Source: Squalus acanthias (Eukaryota). Taken from it: a DNA stretch of 64,000 nt. The notes beneath the pieces are model-generated. The model made no database searches, was not told the origin of the DNA, and was given only the letters and a program-made list of their open reading frames with translations. Both the position numbers and the translations under genes were made by a program. The first letter of the stretch is position 1, and each line of letters starts with the position of its first letter. Location: contig CM059432.1 in NCBI GenBank assembly GCA_030390025.1, forward strand, positions 106,022,001 through 106,086,000, read 5' to 3'. Shown here one piece after another: positions 45,801 through 59,134 of this stretch.

Positions 45801-48800
45801 AAGGTGATGAGGGTGATGAGGGTGATGAGGGTGATGAAGGTGATGAGGGTGATGAAGGTGATGAGGGTGATGAAGGTGATGAGGGTGATGAGGGTGATGA
45901 AGGTGATGAGGGTGATGAGGGTGATGAAGGTGATGAAGGTGATGAGGGTGATGAGGTGATGAAGGTGATGAGGGTGATGAGGGTGATGAAGGTGATGAGG
46001 GTGATGAAGGTGATGAAGGTGATGAAGGTGATGAGGGTGATGAGGGTGATGAGGGTGATGAGGGTGATGAAGGTGATGAGGGTGATGAAGGTGATGAGGG
46101 TGATGAGGGTGATGAAGGTGATGAGGGTGATGAGGTGATGAAGGTGATGAGGTGATGAGGGTGATGAAGGTGATGAGGGTGATGAAGGTGATGAGGGTGA
46201 TGGGGGTGATGAGGGTGATGAAGGTGATGAAGGTGATGAGGGTGATGAGGGTGATGAAGGTGATGAAGGTGATGAGGGTGATGAAGGTGATGAAGGTGAT
46301 GAGGGTGATGAGGGTGATGAGGGTGATGAAGGTGATGAGGGTGATAAGGTTGATGAAGGTGATGAAGGTGATGAAGGTGATGAAGGTGATGAGGGTGATG
46401 AAGGTGATGAGGGTGATGAAGGTGATGAAGGTGATGAAGGTGATGAGGGTGATGAGGGTGATGAAGGTGATGAAGGTGATGAAGGTGATGAGGGTGATGG
46501 GGGTGATGAGGGTGATGAGGGTGATGAAGGTGATGAAGGTGATGGGGGTGATGAAGGTGATGAAGGTGATGAAGGTGATGGGGGTGATGAAGGTGATGAG
46601 GGTGATGAAGGTGATGAGGTGATGAGGGTGATGAGGGTGATGAGGGTGATGAAGGTGATGAGGGTGATGAAGGTGATGAAGGTGATGAAGGTGATGAGGG
46701 TGATGAGGGTGATGAAGGTGATGAAGGTGATGAGGGTGATGGGGGTGATGAGGGTGATGAAGGTGATGAAGGTGATGAAGGTGATGAGGGTGATGAAGGT
46801 GATGAGGGTGATGAAGGTGATGAGGGTGATGAGGGTGATGAAGGTGATGAAGGTGATGAGGGTGATGAGGGTGATGAAGGTGATGAAGGTGATGAGGGTG
46901 ATGAAGGTGATGAAGGTGATGAAGGTGATGAGGGTGATGAAGGTGATGAAGGTGATGAGGGTGATGAAGGTGATGGGGGTGATGAAGGTGATGAAGGTGA
47001 TGAAGGTGATGAGGGTGATGAGGGTGATGAGGGTGATGAAGGTGATGAAGGTGATGAGGGTGATGAAGGTGATGAAGGTGATGAGGGTGATGAAGGTGAT
47101 GAAGGTGATGAGGGTGATGAAGGTGATGAGGGTGATGAGGGTGATGAAGGTGATGAGGGTGAAGAAGGTGATGAAGGTGATGAGGGTGATGAGGGTGATG
47201 AGGGTGATGAAGGTGATGAGGGTGATGAGGGTGATGAAGGTGATGAAGGTGATGAGGGTGATGAGGGTGATGAAGGTGATGAAGGTGATGAGGGTGATGA
47301 AGGTGATGAGGGTGATGAGGGTGATGAAGGTGATGAGGGTGATGAGGGTGATGAGGGTGATGAGGGTGATGAAGGTGATGAGGTGATGAGGGTGATGAAG
47401 GTGATGAGGGTGATGAAGGTGATGAGGGTGATGAGGGTGATGAAGGTGATGAGGGTGATGAAGGTGATGAGGGTGATGAGGGTGATGAAGGTGATGAGGG
47501 TGATGAAGGTGATGAGGGTGATGAAGGTGATGAAGGTGATGAGGGGATGAAGGCTGATGAAGGTGATGAGGGTGATGAGGGTGATGAGGTGATGAAGGTG
47601 ATGAAGGTGATGAGGGTGATGAAGGTGATGAGGGTGATGAAGGTGATGAGGGTGATGAGGGTGATGAAGGTGATGAGGGTGATGAAGGTGATGAGGGTGA
47701 TGAGGGTGATGAAGGTGATGAAGGTGATGAGGGTGATGAAGGTGATGAAGGTGATGAAGGTGATGAGGGTGATGAAGGTGATGAGGGTGATGAAGGTGAT
47801 GAAGGTGATGAAGGTGATGAGGGTGATGAAGGTGATGAAGGTGATGAGGGTGATGAAGGTGATGAAGGTGATGAAGGTGATGAGGGTGATGAAGGTGATG
47901 AAGGTGATGAGGGTGATGAAGGTGATGAAGGTGATGAGGGTGATGACGGTGATGAGGGTGATGAAGGTGATGAGGGTGATGAGGGTGATGAAGGTGATGA
48001 GGGTGATGAGGGTGATGAAGGTGATGAAGGTGATGAGGGTGATGAAGGTGATGAGGGTGATGAGGGTGATGAGGGTGATGAAGGTGATGAGGGTGATGAG
48101 GGTGATGAGGGTGATGAAGGTGATGAGGGTGATGAGGGTGATGAAGGTGATGAAGGTGATGAGGGTGATGAGGGTGATGAGGGTGATGGGGTGATGAAGG
48201 TGATGAGGGTGATGAGGGTGATGAGGGTGATGAGGGTGATGAAGGTGATGAAGGTGATGAGGGTGATGAGGGTGATGAAGGTGATGAAGGTGATGAGGGT
48301 GATGAGGTGATGAGGGTGATGAAGGTGATGGGGGTGATGAAGGTGATGAGGTGATGAGGGTGATGAGGGTGATGAGGGTGATGAAGGTGATGAAGGTGAT
48401 GAGGGTGATGAGGGTGATGAAGGTGATGAAGGTGATGAGGGTGATGAAGGTGATGAGGGTGATGAGGGTGATGAAGGTGATGAGGGTGATGAGGTGATGA
48501 AGGTGATGGGGGTGATGAGGGTGATGAGGGTGATGAGGGTGATGAAGGTGATGAGGGTGATGAAGGTGATGAAGGTGATGAGGGTGATGAAGGTGATGAG
48601 GGTGATGAAGGTGATGAGGGTGATGAGGGTGATGAGGGTGATGAGGGTGATGAAGGTGATGAGGGTGATGAAGGTGATGAGGGTGATGAAGGTGATGAGG
48701 GTGATGAGGGTGATGAGGGTGATGAAGGTGATGAGGGTGATGAGGGTGATGAAGGTGATGAAGGTGATGAAGGTGATGAGGGTGATGAAGGTGATGAAGG

Positions 48801-51800
48801 TGATGAGGGTGATGAGGGTGATGAGGGTGATGAAGGTGATGAGGGTGATGAAGGTGATGAAGGTGATGAGGGTGATGGGGGTGATGAGGGTGATGAGGGT
48901 GATGAAGGTGATGAAGGTGATGAGGGTGATGAAGGTGATGAGGGTGATGAGGGTGATGAGGGTGATGAGGGTGATGAGGGTGATGAAGGTGATGAGGGTG
49001 ATGAGGGTGATGAGGGTGATGAGGGTGATGAAGGTGATGAAGGTGATGAGGGTGATGAAGGTGATGAGGGTGATGAGGGTGATGAAGGTGATGAAGGTGA
49101 TGAAGGTGATGAGGGTGATGAGGGTGATGAAGGTGATGAGGGTGATGAAGGTGATGAGGGTGATGAAGGTGATGAAGGTGATGAAGGTGATGAGGGTGAT
49201 GAAGGTGATGAGGGTGATGAGGGTGATGAGGGTGATGAAGGTGATGAGGGTGATGAGGGTGATGAGGGTGATGAAGGTGATGAGGGTGATGAAGGTGATG
49301 AGAGTGATGGGGGTGATGAAGGTGATGAAGGTGATGAAGGTGATGAGGGTGATGAAGGTGATGAGGGTGATGGGGGTGATGAAGGTGATGAGGGTGATGA
49401 AGGTGATGAGGGTGATGAAGGTGATGAAGGTGATGAGGGTGATGAGGGTGATGAAGGTGATGAGGGTGATGGGGGTGATGAAGGTGATGAGGGTGATGAG
49501 GGTGATGAAGGTGATGAAGGTGATGAGGGTGATGAAGGTGATGAAGGTGATGGGGGTGATGGGGGTGATGAGGGTGATGAAGGTGATGAAGGTGATGAGG
49601 GTGATGAGGGTGATGAAGGTGATGAAGGTGATGAAGGTGATGAGGGTGATGAAGGTGATGAGGGTGATGAAGGTGATGAGGGTGATGAAGGTGATGAAGG
49701 TGATGGGGGTGATGGGGGTGATGAAGGTGATGAAGGTGATGAGGGTGATGAAGGTGATGGGGGTGATGAGGGTGATGAAGGTGATGAAGGTGATGAGGGT
49801 GATGAAGGTGATGAGGGTGATGAAGGTGATGAGGGTGATGAAGGTGATGAAGGTGATGAAGGTGATGAGGGTGATGAAGGTGATGAAGGTGATGAGGGTG
49901 ATGAGGGTGATGAAGGTGATAGGGGTGATGAAGGTGATGAAGGTGATGAAGGTGATGAGGGTGATGAAGGTGATGAGGGTGATGAAGGCGATGAGGGTGA
50001 TGAAGGTGATGAAGGTGATGAAGGTGATGAGGGTGATGAAGGTGATGGGGGTGATGAGGGTGATGAAGGTGATGAAGGTGATGAGGGTGATGAAGGTGAT
50101 GAGGGTGATGAAGGTGATGAGGGTGATGAAGGTGATGAAGGTGATGAAGGTGATGAAGGTGATGAGGGTGATGAAGGTGATGAAGGTGATGAAGGTGATG
50201 AGGGTGATGAAGGTGATGAGGGTGATGAAGGTGATGAGGGTGATGAAGGTGATGAAGGTGATGAGGGTGATGAAGGTGATGAGGGTGATGAAGGTGATGA
50301 AGGTGATGAGGGTGATGAAGGTGATGAAGGTGATGAAGGTGATGAGGGTGATGAAGGTGATGAAGGTGATGAGGGTGATGAGGGTGATGAAGGTGATGAG
50401 GGTGATGAGGGTGATGAAGGTGATGAAGGTGATGAGGGTGATGAAGGTGATGAGGGTGATGAAGGTGATGAAGGTGATGAGGGTGATGAAGGTGATGAAG
50501 GTGATGAAGGTGATGAGGGTGATGGGGGTGATGAGGGTGATGAAGGTGATGAGGGTGATGAAGGTGATGAGGGTGATGAGGGTGATGAGGGTGATGGGGG
50601 TGATGAAGGTGATGAAGGTGATGGGGGTGATGAAGGTGATGAGGGTGATGAGGGTGATGAGGGTGATGAGGGTGATGAAGGTGATGAGGGTGATGAAGGT
50701 GATGAGGGTGATGAAGGTGATGAAGGTGATGGGGTGATGAAGGTGATGAGGGTGATGAGGGTGATGAAGGTGATGAGGGTGATGAAGGTGATGAGGGTGA
50801 TGAAGGTGATGAGGGTGATGAGGGTGATGAAGGTGATGAGGGTGATGAGGGTGATGAAGGTGATGGGGGTGATGAGGGTGATGAAGGTGATGAGGGTGAT
50901 GAAGGTGATGAGGGTGATGAGGGTGATGAGGGTGATGAAGGTGATGAGGGTGATGAGGGTGATGAAGGTGATGAGGGTGATGAGGGTGATGAGGGTGATG
51001 AGGGTGATGAGGGTGATGAGGGTGATGAGGGTGATGAAGGTGATGAGGGTGATGAGGTGATGAAGGTGATGAGGGTGATGAGGGTGATGAAGGTGATGAG
51101 GGTGATGAGGGTGATGAGGGTGATGAGGGTGATAAAGGTGATGAGGGTGATGAAGGTGATGAGGGTGATGAGGGTGATGAAGGTGATGAGGGTGATGAGG
51201 GTGATGAGGGTGATGAAGGAGATGAGGGTGATGAGGGTGATGAGGGTGATGGGGGTGATGAAGGTGATGAGGGTGATGAAGGTGATGGGGTGATGAAGGT
51301 GATGGGGTGATGAGGGTGATGAAGGTGATGAGGGTGATGAGGGTGATGAGGGTGATGAAGGTGATGAAGGTGATGAGGGTGATGAAGGTGATGAGGGTGA
51401 TGAGGGTGATGAGGGTGATGAAGGTGATGAGGGTGATGAAGGTGATGAAGGTGATGAAGGTGATGAGGGTGATGAAGGTGATGAAGGTGATGAGGGTGAT
51501 GAGGGTGATGAAGGTGATGAGGGTGATGAAGGTGATGAGGGTGATGAGGGTGATGAAGGTGATGAAGGTGATGAAGGTGATGAGAGTGATGAGGGTGATG
51601 AAGGTGATGAGGGTGATGAAGGTGATGAAGGTGATGAAGGTGATGAGGGTGATGGGGGTGATGAGGGTGATGAAGGTGATGAAGGTGATGAGGGTGATGA
51701 GGGTGATGAAGGTGATGAAGGTGATGAGGGTGATGAGGGTGATGAAGGTGATGAAGGTGATGAGGGTGATGAAGGTGATGGGGGTGATGAGGGTGATGAG

Positions 51801-53566
51801 GGTGATGAAGGTGATGGGGGTGATGAGGGTGATGAGGGTGATGAAGGTGATGAGGGTGATGAGGGTGATGAAGGTGATGAAGGTGATGAGGGTGATGAGG
51901 GTGATGAGGGTGATGAAGGTGATGAAGGTGATGAGGGTGATGAGGGTGATGAAGGTGATGAGGGTGATGAGGGTGATGGGGGTGATGAAGGTGATGAAGG
52001 TGATGAGGGTGATGAGGGTGATGAAGGTGATGAAGGTGATGGGGGTGATGGGGGTGATGAAGGTGATGGGGGTGATGAAGGTGATGAAGGTGATGAGGGT
52101 GATGAGGGTGATGAGGGTGATGAAGGTGATGAAGGTGATGAGGGTGATGAGGGTGATGAAGGTGATGAAGGTGATGAGGGTGATGAAGGTGATGAGGGTG
52201 ATGAGGGTGATGAAGGTGATGAGGGTGATGAAGGTGATGAGGGTGATGAGGGTGATGAGGGTGATGAAGGTGATGAGGGTGATGAAGGTGATGAAGGTGA
52301 TGAGGGTGATGAAGGTGATGAGGGTGATGAAGGTGATGAGGGTGATGAGGGTGATGAGGGTGATGAGGGTGATGAGGGTGATGAAGGTGATGAGGGTGAT
52401 GAAGGTGATGAGGGTGATGAAGGTGATGAGGGTGATGAGGGTGATGAGGGTGATGAAGGTGATGAGGGTGATGAAGGTGATGAGGGTGATGAAGGTGATG
52501 AGGGTGATGAAGGTGATGAAGGTGATGAGGGTGATGAAGGTGATGAAGGTGATGAGGGTGATGAGGGTGATGAGGGTGATGAAGGTGATGAGGGTGATGA
52601 AGGTGATGAAGGTGATGAGGGTGATGGGGGTGATGAGGGTGATGGGAGTGATGAAGGTGATGGGGGTGATGGGGGTGATGAGGGTGATGAAGGTGATGAA
52701 GGTGATGAGGGTGATGAAGGTGATGAAGGTGATGAAGGTGATGAGGGTGATGAGGGTGATGAAGGTGATGAGGGTGATGAGGGTGATGAGGGTGATGAGG
52801 GTGATGAGGGTGATGAAGGTGATGAGGGTGATGAAGGTGATGAGGGTGATGAGGGTGATGAAGGTGATGAGGGTGATGAAGGTGATGAGGGTGATGGGGG
52901 TGATGAAGGTGATGAGGGTGATGAAGGTGATGAAGGTGATGGGGGTGATGAAGGTGATGAAGGTGATGAGGGTGATGAGGGTGATGAAGGTGATGAAGGT
53001 GATGAAGGTGATGAGGGTGATGAAGGTGATGAGGGTGATGAAGGTGATGAGGGTGATGAGGGTGATGAAGGTGATGAGGGTGATGAGGGTGATGAGGGTG
53101 ATGAGGGTGATGAGGGTGATGAAGGTGATGAGGGTGATGAAGGTGATGAGGGTGATGAAGGTGATGAGGGTGATGAAGGTGATGAGGGTGATGAGGGTGA
53201 TGAAGGTGATGAGGGTGATGAGGGTGATGAGGTGATGAGGGTGATGAAGGTGATGAGGGTGATGAGGGTGATGAAGGTGATGAGGGTGATGAAGGTGATG
53301 AAGGTGATGAGGGTGATGAAGGTGATGAGGGTGATGAGGGTGATGGGGGTGATGGGGGTGATGAGGGTGATGGGGGTGATGAAGGTGATGAGGGTGATGG
53401 GGGTGATGAGGGTGATGAGGGTGATGAGGGTGATGAGGGTGATGAGGGTGATGAGGGTGATGGGGGTGATGGGGGTGATGAGGGTGATGGGGGTGATGAA
53501 GGTGATGAGGGTGATGGGGGTGATGGGGGTGATGAGGGTGATGGGAGTGATGAAGGTGATGAGGTG
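42815..53566. repeat. ~10.75-kb 9-bp minisatellite (GGTGATGAR)n, roughly 1200 units, in the last ENPP2 intron
   Basis: Continuous GGTGATGAG / GGTGATGAA units with minor GGTGATGGG and 8-bp variants. Confidence 0.99.
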
Positions 53567-53591
53567 CAATAATGGGCCTCCGTACAGTCAG

Positions 53592-54369
53592 GGTTCTCTG
53601 TCTGAGGCTGAACCACACGGTTCACAACCTTGGTGTCATATTTGACCCTGAAATGAACTTCTGACCACATATCCGCAGCATAACTAAGACCGCCTTTTAC
53701 ACCTCCGTAACATCGCCCGTCTGCGCCCTTGCCTCAGCTCATCCGCTGCTGAAACCCTCATGCATGCCTTTGTTACCTCTAGATTTGTCTATTCCAACGC
53801 ACTCCTGGCTGGCCTCCCACATTCTACCCTACGTAAACTTGAGGTCATCCAAAACTCGGCTGCCCGTGTCCTAACTCGCACCAAGTCCCGTTCACCCATC
53901 ACCCCTGTGCTCGCTGACCTACATTGGCTCCCGGTTAAGCAACGCCTCGATTTCAAAATTCTCATCCTTGTTTTCAAATCCCTCCATGGCCTCGCCCCTC
54001 CCTATCTCTGTAATCTCCTTCAGCCCCACAACCCCTCCGCCCCCCACACCCCGAGATATCTGCGCTCCTCTAATTCTGCCCTCTTGAGCATCCCTGATTA
54101 TAATCGCTCAACCTTTGGTGGCCGTGCCTTCTGTTGCCGAGGCCCTAAGCTCTGGAATTCCCAGCCTAAACCTCTCCACCTCGCTACCTCTCTTTCCTCC
54201 TTTAAGACGCTCCTTAAAACCTACCTCTTTGACCAAGCTTTTGGTCACCTGCCCTAATTTCTCTTTATGTGGCTCGGTGTCAAATTTTTTGCTTATAATA
54301 CTCCTGTGAAGCGCCTTGGGACGTTTTACTACATTAAAGGCGCTATATAAATACAAGTTGTTGTTGTTA
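53592..54369 (+). mobile_element. 5'-truncated L2-type LINE
   Basis: HAFVTSRFVYSNALLAGLP..IQNSAARVLT..LHWLPVKQRLDFKIL; (GTT)n tail. Confidence 0.92.
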
Positions 54370-54737
54370 TCAATTCTGATAACCGTCCATTGACCGCTGT
54401 TAAAGAATGCACATGGACAGGAGCTCGGCTCAGCTCGAATAGTCTGCAACACACTATCCTGGCTCATTAAGAATGGTCATTTAAGAGATGTACTGGGTGC
54501 AGAGGGCTATCCAAAGAACTGTGTCAGAGCATAACTTATTCTGGTATAGTCCCTTGGGTAGTGGTGTGCACCTGGAAAAGTAAGGGAAAGGGAAGGAAAC
54601 TGAAAGATGAAGTTAGATGAGAAAAGCAGTCCATGTATTCATTTTATATAGTGGTGATTTGTCTCAGGCAATGGCTGACACGAAAACAATGCCATTATCA
54701 CACAGTATTGTCTAATCCTCCTGTTTTCTACACTTAC

Positions 54738-54891
54738 ATTACAACTTTCATCATTGTCGGGTCTGTGTGGGAGAATGAATGATGACGCGGTGAGTGGCCC
54801 ATCACACTTGTCCACAGGCTGAGTGCTATCCAGGCAGCTGGTCATAATACTGTAGTAATGAGTTGGGACTGGGATCGAACCATCAACTTGC
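54738..54891 (-). CDS. ENPP2: ENPP2 penultimate coding exon (154 nt)
   Basis: [51 protein letters not shown]. Acceptor ..cttttag, donor GTAAGT. Phases fit both neighbouring exons. Confidence 0.95.
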
Positions 54892-55119
54892 CTAAAAGAG
54901 AAAACAAAATTCAAACGGTACTAAAACTGGAATACATAATTTTTCATGTTGTTCTGTCATCATGCATGCTTTTAGGAAGGTCGATAGTGTAACCCAGCGA
55001 TTTGCAATATTTATGCATTTTAGACTGAATTTTGTGAAACCCTGCCCCACTGGTAGCAAAACTTACCCTTAAATTTCTATAAGACAGCTAGTTAATACCA
55101 ACATGTTGTTGGTTCTTGT

Positions 55120-55900
55120 CATGCAATTGTCCTCATAATTTAACCTTTTAAGCCCCAGTATCATTCTGGTGAATCTGTGCTGCACCCCCTCCAAGGCCAA
55201 TGTATCCTTCCTGAGATTTGGTGCCCAAAACTGAACGCAGTACTCCAGATGGGGTCTGACCAAGGCTCTGTACAACTGAAGCATCGCTTCCTCACCTTCG
55301 AATTCCGGTCTTCTTGCAATAAAGGCCAACATTCCATTAGTCTTTTTGATTACATTTTGTACCTGTGCACCAGCTTTTAGTGATTTGTATATATGAACAC
55401 CTCAATCCCTTTGCTCTTCTATAGTTCCTAGTTTCTCACCATTAAGAAAATATTCCGATTTGTCTTTCTCAAATTCAAAATGGATGACCTCACACTTCCC
55501 CACACTGAACACCCTCTAGGCTCCTCCCATCCAGACAACTTACTCTGTCTCCTAACTTAAAGTCATCTGCAAACTTGGATATACAGCTCTTTACTCCTTT
55601 ATCCAAGTTATTAATATATGGTGAAAAGATGTGGCTCCAGTATAGATCCCTGTGAACACAGATCCTGCCAATCAGAGAACGAACCCTTTATCCCTCCTTT
55701 CTGTCTCCCACCTCCCAACCAATTACCGACCCATATCATAAGGTTACCTCCAATTCTGTGCGCTCTCATATTTGCTAATAATCTCTTGTGCAGAGCCTCA
55801 TCAAATGCTTTCTGGAAGTGCATACAGACCACATCCATAGACACTCCCCTATCCACCATGCTACTGAACCCCTCAAAAAAATTCAACTAGATTAGTCAAT
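55120..55900 (-). mobile_element. Old degenerate CR1 RT fragment
   Basis: MDVVCMHFQKAFD, QGSILEPHLFTIY, LYRALVRPHLEYCVQFW. Confidence 0.85.
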
Positions 55901-55971
55901 TAGGAATATGAGCAATTTCTTCTTTTCTGGTAGCAGATATTCTAAACATTTTTTGGAGGGGGGGGGGGGGA

Positions 55972-56318
55972 GTAGAACCATAAAAGTTTACAAACTAAAA
56001 GAAGACATTTGGCCCTTGCATGTGTTCCAGCCCTTTTCTAGAAGAATCCAAACCTAATTCTAGTGCCTCACTCTCTCCCCATAACCCTCCATCTTCTGAT
56101 GCTTCCAATACTTGTGCAATTTTGCCATAAAAGATGCAATCATCTCTCCCCTAACCACTTCCTGTGTATTCCATGCTCCAACGACTCTCTGTGTAAAGAC
56201 ATTTTTCCTACTCTCTCCCCACACTCTCTTTTAAATTGATGACCCTCGTCACTGGCTCCTCAACAAGAGGAAATAGTCTTTCCCCATTTACTCTATTAAA
56301 ACCCTTCAGAATTTAATC
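55972..56318 (-). mobile_element. Old CR1 3' fragment
   Basis: Antisense similarity to CR1 3' ends elsewhere in the window (ggaaatagtctttcc, ttccatgctccaacgactctctgtgtaaa, tagaaccata tail). Confidence 0.6.
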
Positions 56319-56946
56319 ATTTAGGATGTAGTTGTACTGTTATTTTGTATCAATCCAGAGTGGTTTTGGATGTGCAAAGTGAAAAGCAGCAGTATATCCC
56401 CGAGTGCACTAAAGCCACGTGGTGCGAGATGGCCCTCCAGGAGTCAACACCACTTTGAGTTTGCAGCAGGTGTAGTATAACTCCAGCCCAATGCCACATC
56501 ACATTTCAAAAGTCACCAAGGCATACTTTGGTTCTCCTTGGAACTTTTAAAACTTGAACGTAATGTTTTTAATACTAGGAGAAAGCACACTTTCTCACCA
56601 AGCATGCACAGAGCTCCACTGTTTGTGCACTACAATCAGGATTTATTGGCAAATACTAGAGTTGGCTGCAATATAACAGCATTAGGTTGGAGTACTCCCG
56701 TTCCTTGAATATTGTTCTGTAAATATTTGACATTGCAGTCCAGCAATAGTATCAGTGTTTATAAGTTAAAGTTCCCTGGTTAATTACAAGCTGGCAGCCA
56801 GCCCATTTTTGCTTCCATTAGCGTCGCTGAGTGGAACTTTCCAACTGCACAAATGAACTTTCAAATGACAAGCAGCATCATGGAAATTCTAGTACCTTTA
56901 ACCAAAGTGACCCATGGCTTATTTTTTTTTTTACAGGTGACACATT

Positions 56947-57364
56947 GGGCTGGATTTTGAATGACCCATGGAGTCGGGTTTGGAGGCGTGTGGGGGGTTA
57001 AATTTGCGGGGTCGGGGGTCCCGACCCCATCCCGCCTCCACGCAATTTTGATAAAATCAGTCGCGGGGTTCCCGACTCCGTCCCGCCTCCAAGAGGCGGG
57101 AGAGGCCATTAAAGCTCTTAACAAGCCCTAAATTGGTTCTGTAATGCTATTTTGAAACGTTTTAGGAAGTTTAACCCTTTTCTGACGTGAAGCACGCCTG
57201 GTGTGAAACACTCCAGTGAAACCTGGCGGGAGCACAAATGGATAGCTGACTATCGTCTGCAGGTCCACTATTGCAACGGAGATGTGATGAAGGTAGTAGT
57301 AGTATTAGGTCTGAAAGTCGCTTGTGATGCTGCTGCATTGGTGTGAGAGGACTTGGATGCAAAA

Positions 57365-57421
<57 letters not shown>

Positions 57422-57676
57422 GCAGGTCCTCTCTCACCACCAACATCCACTCAGTCTCTGAGACCAGGCAGCAGCAATGATGACATCATCAGAGGCTACT
57501 TTCAGACTGAAACCACTAATTAGTTCATGGGTTCCCACATGCTGGAACTCAATTGCCCAATTAAATCAAAATTGCATCATTCATCCACATTAATCTGAAG
57601 TCGGGGGGGGGGGGGGGGAGAAACACGAAATGCGGATGACATGACCCCAACCCGACCCCAAGACAAAATCCAGCCC
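56947..57676. mobile_element. Non-autonomous Harbinger-type element (730 bp) containing a (CT)n(CA)n microsatellite at ~57365-57418
   Basis: Perfect 13-bp TIR GGGCTGGATTTTG / CAAAATCCAGCCC; 3-bp TSD ATT (56944-56946, 57677-57679). Confidence 0.85.
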
Positions 57677-59134
57677 ATTAACTCTGCAAGTATATCTTGG
57701 GCATACCTTTTGAGGATGCTGGATAATTTATGTTACTGTCTAAATAAGTAAATATTTCAATCTGTTCTTCACAGTCCATTAAGAGTCATGCTTTTAAAAA
57801 AATACTGTCAGGTTTGTGCAGAGAAGTAGTGAGAGATTTATGGTAAACATGTATACACATATATCATTTAACCGTTAGACTGCCAGTGAACTCAAGGATA
57901 TCCTCTCCAAGGATAAGTCTCTTTGAACCAGCAATTTTTAAAAAATGTTTTCAACTCACTTGCTGTGATACTGAAATAATGATTAGTATTAAATTAATAA
58001 AGCTATTCAACTATCAGTAGTTACTATATTGCATAATAATCCTATACTACAGAAATAAACTCCCCAAAGTTTTGAAATGCTTTGCTTCTTCTTGCCTTTT
58101 CTTCCCAGGTTCCTCCTCTTCATTCTCCCTCTCCTCTATTTTTAAATTTTTTGACTTCATGCACTCTATTCTAGCTTTTTACACTGTTTTTGATTTAAAT
58201 ACCTTGAAGTACTTTATATGCATGTTTTCTTTTGCTGCCTAGACTCCATTTTGGAGGTGGAAGCCCCGGAAGATGTTTATCAGCCAATTGTGGCCTATAA
58301 TTCCATGGCCATTTTATAGGTACAACCTGTTCTATTTCTTTTATGAATGTGTTGTGTCAATACATACGTGCTAGAATTGGGTGAAGGATCTTGTCCGTGG
58401 CACAAGCAGATTGATTGCAATCAACCTAATCATCCAGCAAGGGTTCATTTTCCTTAAAAACCTGTGATAATTTGTGAACTTTACTTCTAATTTTTATTCC
58501 TTTTTGATTTTGTGTACCTGCGTTCCCTTCTTCCTTGTACACTTCTCATTGCTCACTGTCCATCATCATTCTTTCATTTTCTCATTCCACCTTCCACACA
58601 TTTATGTTACCACGAGCATGGAACAACCTACATACCTATGGACACCATCTATTCTACTTCTTGGCCAGTCTGCTCATGTAACTGTTGCATGAAGGAACAT
58701 TCATGACATGAAAAGGTCTTTCCTTTTCCTCTTATCTCCCTCCAAATAAATGACCCCAATGATATTAGCCTTCCGGGGGAAACCTTCTTGCATATATAAC
58801 CTCCTCTTCTTTTTATTTCTGCCTTCTTTCGTGAATGCCTTCTCTTCCTTGGATTCTTTACGTTCCTTGATTTCCTATCCCGTTACATTTCTTTTGTATC
58901 CTTTACCTTGCGTCAATCAAGATTTCACACTGGCTAAATGTGATCCTGCAAATTATTGCGTCACAAGAGCTTTAAAGCTGAAAAATTTAGCTACACACTA
59001 ACTAAAAATATCTTAATGTGAAAAGTAACGGTCGGGAAATTCTTCAGAGCTGGTCCCACTTAGCCGGCGTTGTATGGCTGGAATTGCAACAGAACCCCAC
59101 TATTGCGGGTAAATGGAGTTTTCTGGTGAAGACC

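Noticed and set aside
42815..53566. CRISPR array or telomeric repeat
   Set aside because: No unique spacers, the unit is not TTAGGG, and the context is a vertebrate intron.
42691..53670. Three ~3600-aa ORFs and many VMK/VMR ORFs as protein-coding genes
   Set aside because: They are the trivial translation of a stop-free 9-bp repeat, with frame switching at 8-bp units, inside an ENPP2 intron.
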